Source: Felis catus
Lineage: Eukaryota
NCBI RefSeq assembly: GCF_018350175.1
Contig: NC_058368.1
Span: 40,798,001-40,862,000, forward strand
Direction of reading: 5' to 3'
DNA length: 64,000 bases
Each line of letters begins with the position of its first letter. Position 1 is the first letter of the stretch. Positions 53,905 through 64,000 of this stretch are shown piece after piece. A program made the translations under genes and the position numbers. The notes beneath the pieces are model-generated. The model was not told the DNA's origin and ran no database searches. It worked only from the letters and a program-made list of their open reading frames with translations.

Positions 53905-55225
53905 TGTGGAAAATGTTATTTTGCAAAGATGTACACAATAACATTAGCCATCCTATAGGCTCTAATTTTACTGCGTGGTCTTGTCATTCTCCTATTAAGA
54001 AATGAAGTCTAATTCTCTTAATCCTCTTAAGTGTTGGTTGGCTTTTGTAACTTACTCCTAACCAAGAGAATAGAACTTAACATGTAAATTCTGAACCTAA
54101 GTCAGAAAAGTCCGTGCATTGTTCCATCACAACCCTTGGTATTTGGTTGCTGCCTCTTGGGATGTTCTATCTGGACTCTAGTACTATGCTTAGAGAAGTA
54201 CAAACCAAATATAAAACCTGCATATAGAATGCCTTTTGAAAGAGCTATTTGATTCTAGCCTTGGAGTCATCACAACTCTGGTACCATGCAAAGGAGAGTA
54301 AAGATGCCTCCAGTCTAATGCATCCCCTAGCTTCTTTTTAATTTATTTTTTTATTTTCAAGTTTTTATTTAAATTCTGGTGAGTTAACATGTATGGTAAA
54401 ATTGATATCAAGTGTAAAATTTAGTGATTCATTGCTTATATGTAACATCCAGTGCTCATTACAAGTACCCTCCTTAATACCCAGCACCCATTTAACCCTT
54501 CCCCCATCCACCTGCCTCTATCAACCCTCAATTTATTCGCTGTAGTTAAGAGTCTCTTATGGTTTGCTTCCTTCTCTCTTTTTTTTTTCCTTCCTCTATG
54601 TTCATCTGTTTTTGTCTCTTAATTTCCACATATGAGTGAAATCATATACTATTTGTCTCTGACTTATTTCACTTAGCATAATACACTCTAGCTCTATTCA
54701 TGTTACAAATGACAAGGTTCCATTCTTTTTGATAGCTGAGTAGTATTCTATTGTGTATATATATGCCTCCTCTTCCTTATCCATTCATCAGTTGATGGAC
54801 ATTTGGGCTCTTTCCAAGTTTTGCTAGTGTTGATAATGCTGCTATATACATTGGGGTGCACGTACCCCTTCAAATCTGTATTTTTGTATCCTTTGGGTAA
54901 ATACCTAGTGGTGCAATCGCTGCCTGTAGGGTAGTTCTATTTTTAACTTTTTGAGAACCTCCATACTGCTCTCTAGCATGGTTGCATCAGTTTGTACTCC
55001 CATCAACTGTATAAGAGACTTCCCCTTTCTCCATCGCCTAGCTTCTTGAAGTACCTCCTGTCATTCAAGTCTTATCAGCTGAAGCTCCAGATATCATGGA
55101 GCAGAGAAGACATCACCAATATGCCTTATCAAAATTCTTCATGCACGGAATCTTGGAGCATAATGAAATTTGCATTTTGATTTTTTGTGTCACTAAAATG
55201 CAGGTTATTCGTGACACAGCAGTAT
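53905..55225 (+). mobile_element. MLT1 LTR interrupted by an antisense carnivore L1 3' end (about 54337-55031)
   Basis: MLT1 halves rejoin across TSD catcccctagcttctt/catcgcctagcttctt. Confidence 0.8.
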
Positions 55226-57423
55226 TTGTACTTAAGACAGTTCTTCTTGACAGTTATTTTTACCTGTAACTAGGCAACAAAATCCAGCCATGAAACTTTT
55301 TAAGATATAAAGACATTTATGTTCTTCTTTGAGCTAGTTTTGATTGGTAGTTGCATAGTGTTTCTTTGTTGGAAAGACCCACAAATAAACCTCCTGAACA
55401 GCTAGGAGTAAGATCATTGTGTTAACATCAAACAATGCATATTAGCTCCAGCAGCATAGCAGTATAGGAGATATTTTCAGGATACCTTTTACCAAAAACA
55501 TATTTTCTGCTTTTTTTATGAGACTACCAGTGAAAGGTAACTACTATCAGTTTATGTTTCCTAGCATTTTAATATTATTGATAGTATTGAGTCCATCAAA
55601 ACACTTATAAATAATGATAAGATCCTTGATAGAATTTGGAAGTAGATACTGTTTCGCTTTGTTACTTAAGTACCCCTTTTTGTGTTATCCTTGTAGTTTA
55701 TATAAAATTGAACTTTATTACTCCAGATAGCAAATACCTTTCTTCTACCTCTTAGACTCAACCATTTAACATTGCTTTTACTTCAATCTGTATATTTTAA
55801 ATCCTAATTAATTGAGAAATAATATCATTATTATTGCTCAGAAATAAAGAAAAAAGTGCTACATACTTACTACATAAAGTCTACTTGTTTTTATTAACTC
55901 AATTCTTCTTTATTGAGTATGAGTATAAAATAAAATTAATAAATCATATAAGGATAATCAAAAGAAATCAATTTTGGGTAAAGATGTTATTATCGTACAA
56001 AAACACACTACAGCTCCATTTCTTTAGGGAAAGAAAGGAAAGGAAGAAGGAAGAAAGGGAGAAAGGGAGGAAGGGAGGAAAGAAATCAAAGAATGACAAA
56101 AATAAACTTATAGAAAGTGAACACTGGGTAAATGAGGGAATGAAGGAGTAGAATAGCATTCATAAATAATAAATGTATATACTGGAATTTGAGAAGTCAT
56201 TTAGTCCTTCCAACACACACATGCACACATTTCACATAAGAACCAAATACCATGAAACAACACCACTATCTGAGAATAACAAAACTATTTATGATTAAAA
56301 CTTTTGTCATTAAGATGGCAATAGGATGTAAGTTGTAGGACTGGAAAGTTAAGCTGAGGCAATAACCACCAAAAAGGAAAAGAGAAAGAGAGAGAGAGAA
56401 GTAGAGACAAAGACAGAGAGACAGAGAGATAGGGTAGGGAGAGAAAAGGGAGAGGAGAAGGAAGAAGAAGAAAGAGGAGGAGAAGGAAGAGGAAGAGTAA
56501 AAGAAGGAGGAAGGAAGGAAAGAATGAAGGGAAAAAATAGAAAAGGGTTATAATGACTTTGGAAAATAGTCTGTTTCTTAAAAAGTTAACATATCTACTT
56601 TAGTTATTTTCTCAAGACTAAATAAATCATGTCTGTATGAAAACATATGCATGAATATTCAGAAAAGCTGTATCTGTAATTGTTAAAACTGGAAACAACC
56701 CAGATGGAAATTGACAGCTATATATATGAACAATTTGTGGAATCTTATTCAGTGGGATGATATTAGCAAAAAAGTCAAATGACTACTGATTGCAGGACTA
56801 CATGAATGAAAGTCAATTATGTTGAGGAAAGTAGCCAGACAATAAAAGAACATATACAATGTAACTGTAATTATATAATAATATAGAAAAGGGAAACTAG
56901 TTTATAATGACAGAAAGGAGAATTTTGTGGGTCATAGATATATTCATTACTTTGTGGTGATATTCCATGGACAGACGCAGAAACATACATGTTGTACAAC
57001 TTGTACAACCTGTGTGAATTTGGGTGAATTTGGGTGTCAATTGCACCTCAGCAAAATGTCAAAAATTAATGTCAGAGAAGTTAATGTTAATAATAGTTTT
57101 GAAAGAAAAAAAGAGTTGACTAAACAGTGGGAAAGGCAATTTCGAATTGATGACAGTAGATAACACTCTAGCATTGCAATTAGGCATAAGTGTCCGAACG
57201 AAAATAGCTCATAGAATGTCAAGCTGCTTATATTTAAAATGCCCATAGAAAAGCATATTCTCATGGAGATTTCAAAACTATAAGAATAAAATTATAAGCT
57301 TTAAAGATTTGTAGAAGAATATATTTAACCACCACAAAATGCAAATCAGATTGTCTACACGTTTTTCTATAACTAAATGGAGAAATGCCTCAACTTTCTA
57401 ATACAGAATGATTTAGAATTTTT

Positions 57424-57550
57424 ATTTATTTATTTTATTATTTTTTAAGATTTTATTTTTAACTAAACTCCACACTTAATGTGGGGCTTGAACTCACAAC
57501 CCCTAGATCAAGAGTCACATGCTCTACCAACTGATCCAGCCGGGTGTCCC
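57424..57550 (-). mobile_element. Short old Can-SINE
   Basis: ggggcttgaactcacaacccctagatcaagagtc; TSD tgatttagaatttt/tgatttggaaatttt. Confidence 0.85.
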
Positions 57551-57921
57551 TGATTTGGAAATTTTAATTCAACACAACCAAAATAGGAATCAATTGTGAA
57601 GGCAAATAAGGCAAAATGTGAAGACAATCAAGAAAATTAAGGCATACGATGCATATATAAATCAAATACTGACCTATGACTGAAGTGCAATGAATAAACT
57701 CCCAGGATTAAGCTGTAACACAGTCCTAGAAAGCAGCTGTAGCAGAGAAAAGCAGGAGGGTAAAAGTCTCTGGAGATTATAGTTTAATATAGAAGAATGC
57801 CAATGTGTTTAGGATAAAGACATTTGTTCATTGTATATGCAAAAACAAAAGAAAGAATACTAGTAATATCAAATGAGAATATTTAAAAGGAGTATGGCCC
57901 ATTTATGAAGCAAATTGGGAC

Positions 57922-60125
57922 CTGATTTTGAATAAGGGAAAATTTAAAAATAATGTATTTAAAATTATGGTTTTAGATGTTTTGTCTTCAACTCGGCAGG
58001 AATGAAGGCAATGAAGCCATGATGAAGATAATGTAATTCTAACTCCCAATTTGGTTTGTGTATTCAACATTGTTAGCATAGCCATAATGCTGTAAACATA
58101 ATATTTTCAAAGATTTTCAGTTTTGAGGGTCAATTTATCTGGAAAGCATGGAGGATATAATTATGTCTATAGAAATAAATATTAAATTACTATACTTTGA
58201 TAATTGAAAAAGTTATTTTATACTTGAATGTAACTGGAAACCATCTTGTCTGACACAGAGATTAGGTGGAAAAGGCAAAAGATGTTAGCAATGGCTTATC
58301 ATACTGTCTAACATATATGTAACAAAAGGTGGGAATGTACCTATCATGGAAATATTTGTATACTTCTATAGGTTTAATGGCAAAATGATTACAATGTTAG
58401 ATAATTTTATTACATAGTTAAAAGTGCCAGGTATTATTCTAACTAATTTATATGCATTCTCTCACATAATCACATAACTGCCTCCAATATGGCCAGTTGT
58501 CTTGACATTATAGATTATAAAGCTAAGAAACATAAAAGTCATGTAACTTTCTCAAAATGAATATATGCTAATATATGTATATATTTTTTGAGAGAGTTTT
58601 AGTCAGGATTTGAAACCAGGCAATATAAAAGTATGCTAATTTAAACTAACTAACTGACTTGAATTAGTTTCTACCTAAATAAAGTTAATATGAATAAAGA
58701 AAGTGAGCCATAGGGGCGCTTGGGTGGTTCAGTTGGTTAAGTGTCCAACCCTTGATTTTCTCTCAGGTCATGATCTCACAGTTCGTGGGTTCAAGCCCCA
58801 CATCGGGCTCTGTGCTGACAGTGCAGCACCTGCTTGAGATTCTCTCTGTCCCTCTCTCTCTCTACCTTTCCCTTGCTCTCTCTCTCTCTCTCTCTCTCTC
58901 CTCTCAAAAATGAATAAAAAATAAACATTAAAAAAAAGTGAGCAATAGTAAAATGAGCATGAGTGAGTTAAACTTTTAATTTCCAAAATGGAAAGACATT
59001 AGAGAGTAAAAAAACATTTATATGAAAAGTAGATATAAATTCATATAATGTATATTATGGACTGATCACTTAAAGAAGTGAATACTCCAATCAGAAAAGA
59101 GTTTTCCTTTAGAAAGAGATCTAGGAGTCACAGGATCATTTCAGAGACTTGTTTTTTATTTTGGTACAGTACCATTTTATATTTTTTTACGTTTGTATAT
59201 ATTTTTCCATAATAGGTAAAAAAGTGTCTGAATTCTTATTATGCCCAAGCATATAACAAAGTTTCCTTGCAAATTTGGTCTTAATAACAGGTCTCTGTGC
59301 AGATACTTAACAGGCAGATATGTGCACACTTGGAGTATCTACCTACAATACGAACTAACTTTGTTTTTACATCCTCTAAAGTGCATCTCATTCTATGAAA
59401 ATTAGCATATATTCAAAGAAATATTCCAGTCGGGAAATTTTTGAGCTGCCAGAATATTACAGAAAAGGTAGATTTAGTACAATTGCCTTGCTCACTAGCC
59501 TGGTTTTGGCTCCTCCATTTTAACTTTTCATAGTTATGTGGTGCTTATGTATTCATTAGGCCGTCTGCAGAAATAGAGGCTGAGTTGAGAAGAAGCAAAA
59601 CAGTAAATATTCTAAGCTCAGAAATAGAGAGAAAAAGAGAAAACAAGTAAGGAGAAGATAAAACTGTCTTTAGGTTGAAATTTTTTAAGTGGCTCCACAA
59701 ATTTACCGGCAGTAAGTCTTTTAAGATATGGAAATTTATTAACATTAGTGCTTTTACCACAAATTACTTTGAGCTGCTTATACATATACACAAAACAGTT
59801 AATGGTTTGCAGAGTTCCTACCATAAATACAAGTCCTTTTTACACCAGATTTAGGTTTGACACTGTTATGAGAATTTGCTAAGTGACAGACATATGCCTG
59901 TACTTTCATCCCTCTCCTTGATCAGGGCTATGGAAATACTTCATTGCATTTACTCTAAATTCAAAACACCTTTAAAAAGATGTTAAAAATGACTTTTCCT
60001 TTTGCATTTTTGCAAAGATAAGATTTTAAAAAGACATTTATCCTTGCAAGGAACGTCCAGTTTCAAAGATGCATACTTTATGTTCCCAACATAATATTGT
60101 CATAGAAAGTCCTCTACCTTTCCAT
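57922..60125 (-). pseudogene. Possible N-terminal relic exons (about 57922-58089, 59545-59773, 60000-60125)
   Basis: Acceptors at 58089, 59773 and 60125 (ctttctttgttcttaatag|). Fragments SLKLDVPCKD/NVFL, FSLLVFSFSLYF and SLPSFLPS resemble the recalled RGS22 N-terminus (SLATDDFLVDYFNEFLSLPTFS; RLPAFLES). Confidence 0.3.
58713..58937 (+). mobile_element. Can-SINE
   Basis: TSD aaagtgagc. Confidence 0.93.
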
Positions 60126-60699
60126 CTATTAAGAACAAAGAAAGGCATATATAAGAGTTTTCTAGTTAGATCTAGCTAATTAGCTGGATTAATCTACGTA
60201 AATAGAACACAAATATAAGACAGATGCTTTGATTTCAAGATGTAGATCTTTTATGGGCACAGATACAGATTCTAATGGGCAGGTCTCCAGATTTTATAGT
60301 GTATAGGAATGTTCTCTAAACCATTAGTCCTCTTCAAATTTCTCCCATCTGTGACAAAGGAAAATAAAATCTCTCCAACATTCTCTTATGCATTAGGTCT
60401 CTTAGGTTTAACTCTTTTCTTCTTGTCAGTCACTTTTTGCTGACATACAGTTTTATACCTGCAAAATTTGAAAGGAGAGTCATTAAAAAAACATTTCAAG
60501 GATGTTTTGAATTAAGAGTAAATACATGTAGTATTATTATATCATTGATGAAGAATGAGATAAAAGTATAATTGTATCTCTGTCACGTAAATTCTCACAG
60601 TAATGTTAAAACTATCATTTTTGTTTACATCCTCATTATCAAGTGCTTATCACACTGACATCTTTAGCTTCAAGTGGAGAAAGCATGTCTTGCCTACCT

Positions 60700-61223
60700 T
60701 GGTCACCATATGCCTTCCCTAAACAGCCAGGGACCATGGGAACAGGCCCCTAAGGAAAAACATTGTATACCTGGGGCACTTCCTCTTGGCTGTTTTTGCT
60801 GAACCTCTTCTCTTACCAAACAAAACCAGGTTGTGGCCAATATATAAGCAAGACTTACAAACAACAGCCACAGCCATATCTTGTTCATGGAAGAAACAGA
60901 GGCTCCACAAACCTCAAAGACCTTAGCTTTAAAAAACAATGAGCTCCCTGAGTTCACCTGCCAATATCGACCAATCAGAACAAGTCACTTTTCTGTCCCT
61001 TATTAGCATTGTGCTAGGGTGGAAACTGAGTGGGACTTCCTCTATATAAGCAGGACCTCCTCTTTGTTTGGGGAGGCCTACTTTCTGTTGGTGTTGTGTC
61101 TCCCTTCAGCTAGTGCTATTGCCCCAATAAAGCCTCGACTGTGCTTTGACGTTCAGGTCTGGCCTTGGTTCTGTCGTGGTTGGGCCCAAAAATCTGACTC
61201 CCAAAAACCTGACCTCAGTAACA
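60700..61223 (+). mobile_element. ERV solo LTR with intact promoter and polyA motifs
   Basis: TG…CA ends, exact 5-bp TSD tacct, CCAAT at 60971, TATATAA at about 61043, AATAAA at about 61126. Confidence 0.85.
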
Positions 61224-61494
61224 TACCTAAAACTCAGAGATGCTTTTGCATCTGTACTCTGAAAAAGAGGACATTACATGTGGCATAGCAATGCTCAGAC
61301 TTGCCTCTAGCAGTAACACAAACTCCAACTTCCCTGAAATGAAGCAACTCAAGTCTAATAGTTATCACATCCATATCCAGGCCTACAATTTCTAAGTGTG
61401 GTGTAGACTTTATCATTTTGGATGTAGCATTTTGTGGTCTGGTGACCTATAATCTAACAAAAAAATATCTTAACAATTCACAGCCAGTACCCAT

Positions 61495-61521
61495 TGGTGC
61501 TGTATGAGCAGCATAAAAGCC

Positions 61522-61555
<34 letters not shown>

Positions 61556-62035
61556 TAGGCTTTTAAATTAGTGTTTTGTTTTCTTTAGGTAAATACCCAG
61601 TAGTGGAATTATTGGATAAATACCATATGAATTTACTTATATGTGGAATCTAAAAAACAAAACAAATGAATAAACAGCAAGACAAAAGCATAATCAGACC
61701 TGTCAGCACCGAGAACAAATGGTTGCCAGAGGGGTGGGGGATGGGGAGATGGTCAGGATAAGTAAAGGCAAGCAGGAGATACAGGCTTCCAGTTAAGGAA
61801 TGAATTAGTCTTGGGGATAAAAAGCACAACATAAGGGATACAGTCAATGTATTGCAATAGCATTGTATGGTGACAGATGGTAGCTACACTTGTGGTGAGC
61901 ATAGCATCATGTTTAAACTTGTCAAATCACTATGTTGTACACCCAAAATTAATGTAGCATTGTGTGTCAACTACACTACAAGAAGAAGAAGAAGAAGAAG
62001 AAGAAGAAGAAGAAGAAGAAGAAGAAGAAGAAAAG
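61495..62035 (+). mobile_element. Short L1 with a 5' inverted segment and a (GAA)n tail
   Basis: Antisense L1 at about 61495-61618 abuts a sense L1 3'UTR at about 61619-61980. Confidence 0.75.
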
Positions 62036-63161
62036 AAATCAGAGATTCCAGGCAGTCCCTGATCCACAGGAGTTATAAAATATTGTTGAGCAAGAATTTT
62101 GAAAAATGCCTATGTTGGTAGGGTTGTAAATTACTTGTAGAAACACTAGTTTTACTCTCTGGGCTGACTCCTGTCTCATTGTGTTCTGTAGACTCTGGCT
62201 CTGCTCACTGGGAATAGTCTCCCTGCTCAATGTCTACTGTCACTGTATGGCTTTCACGGCCAGCTTCCATCTGGTACAGGTTTGAAGCCCAGAGTTTGCC
62301 TTAGGAATCAAACAGCCACTGTGCTTTTCAGGCCAGGCGTGTGGTATCTTTGGCAATATAAATCACTAGAAACTGATTTGGCTTTGGATCTGTTTTCTTT
62401 CAGTCAGTTATACGGGCAAGGGAACACATGGAAAACCTTGTCTACACAAAGCACTGAATCTGACTTTGTCTATTATCAATGCCTTTTTGCTGAGCCCTTT
62501 CCTCTCTCTTAGATTTATGGTAGCAAACTTGAGGGCATCAAAATTACAGGCTGGGGTGGAAAGGTAGCATCTGATATCTGATAGTTGGCTGTTTGATTTG
62601 GCAGGCTTCTACTGAGTCTCTTGGGAAAATTTTTTCAGTCTTACTTCCTGCTAAGGCTGCGTCTTCACAACCACCTGTTATAATGAGCCTCAGTTCTTGC
62701 AATAATTTGGTAAAAGTCAAAAGCAGCATCCAACACACAGTTACATTTTGAGATTTATGGGATGGTTCTAGTAATGCTCAGGTTCTTGGCAACATGAGCC
62801 GCCACTGAGAATAACACAGGTTACAGTTTTGTGAAATATTTTGCCACAGATTAACAAATAACTAGAGATCTTTGCCTTCTGCCACTGACAACTAGTCAGT
62901 TCCATATATTTTAACTCACTTTTGATATCATCTACTGTATGAGTTCTAAATTCAGAACAATAAATGCAACTAATTTTAATTGTTGTAAATTAGAATATAT
63001 CTAGTTATAAAATCTTGTGTATTTACAATGTTGTTGAAAAGGATAGAGGTCAGGCTCTGTTTAGGGACGCCACAGTGAATGGTATAAAACATAATTACCC
63101 ATCAAGGAAGATGCCATCTGTCAGGCCAACATAAGAACTATTGCTTAAAGAAAATTATCGA

Positions 63162-63390
63162 GGGGTGCCTGGGTGGCTTAGTCAGTTAAGTGTCCAACTT
63201 CAGCTGGGGTCATGATCTGGTGGTTGATGGGTTCGAGCCCCACATGGTGCTCTGTGTTGACAGCTCAGAGCCTGCAGCCTGCTTTAGATTCTGTGTCTCC
63301 CCCTCTCTCTGCTCCTCCCCACTCACTCACTCTCTGTTGCTCTCTCACTCTCAAAAATAAATAAACATTGTTAAAAAGTAAAAAAAAAAA
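63162..63390 (+). mobile_element. Can-SINE
   Basis: TSD aaaattatc. Confidence 0.95.
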
Positions 63391-64000
63391 AATTATCTGA
63401 CCCCTTAATCTTGTTTTCTCATATGCATTGTTTTATTTTTGTTATCTCCTGTTTTACTAGCGGTAACCTATACTTCAGTATCCTCAACCTTATTCAATAT
63501 TGCCCACAGTTTTAAATTTTCAGCATTCGCACAGCCATCACTGGACCAGGCTGGGTCCATGAATGACTAAAAGAAGGAACCTAGGGTCAGTGACAGAAAC
63601 ATAGCCTCTGCTGAGTCTGTCATATCAGACAGAAGTGAGATGGCCTTCTATCTTAATAACCTACACTTCACGTTTTCTAGCACATTCACATAAAGAGTTG
63701 ACTCCTATAGCTTTTTCCTAAAGCAGAAATTAGTTGAGGACTGGGCTACTGTCATTCCAGGTACTAAATATTGGGGAGAAGAAGAATAGGTGGAAAACAA
63801 AGTAATTGCCTTGGACTTTTCCTATAACAGTGGGGGCAGCAGGATCAGACATAGGACACATTATCCTACCCATCATATTTCTATTATTAATTGTATCGGT
63901 ATGTTTACTGGATCTGTTAAAACTTATTAAACCGTACAACTGAGCTCCTGAAGAAAAACTCTTTTTTCAGTGAAAGAAATAAAGAGTTGATGCCATGTGA

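Larger units (their letters stand above)
780..60125 (-). pseudogene. Candidate multi-exon unprocessed pseudogene of the RGS22/RGSL1 (multi-RGS-domain) family
   Basis: About 20 exon-like blocks, all on the minus strand, with AG acceptors and mostly GT donors. Translations carry RGS22-like motifs (FEHF...GG...LD...KH; RGAG|FF...SYKELF; R|FVSVK...YKLHLC) interrupted by many stops and frameshifts. Homology by eye from recalled sequences. Confidence 0.65.

Noticed and set aside
780..60125. Calling the locus functional RGS22 or RGSL1
   Set aside because: Similarity is remote and most exons have stops or frameshifts; a true mammalian ortholog would be far more similar, so no gene symbol is assigned.
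61867..62121. Poly-arginine ORF
   Set aside because: L1 3'UTR plus (GAA)n tail.

Overview
AT-rich mammalian genomic DNA from a feliform carnivore, most likely a cat, judged from many SINEC_Fc-type Can-SINEs and carnivore L1s. No intact protein-coding gene is supported; most ORF-track entries come from SINEs, L1s, ERVL or microsatellites. The window is rich in interspersed repeats: more than 20 Can-SINEs, L1 fragments, MLT1 and ERV LTRs, an ERVL internal relic, MER58/MER91/MER5, L2 and MIR. Between the repeats, about 20 non-repeat blocks on the minus strand (about 780-60125) are bounded by AG acceptors and mostly GT donors. Their stop- and frameshift-riddled translations resemble RGS22/RGSL1, the large multi-RGS-domain proteins. 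I infer a decayed, intron-containing RGS22-like paralog (candidate unitary pseudogene). The homology was judged by eye against human RGS22/RGSL1 sequences recalled from memory and needs a tBLASTn/HMM check. Repeat family names are also by eye.
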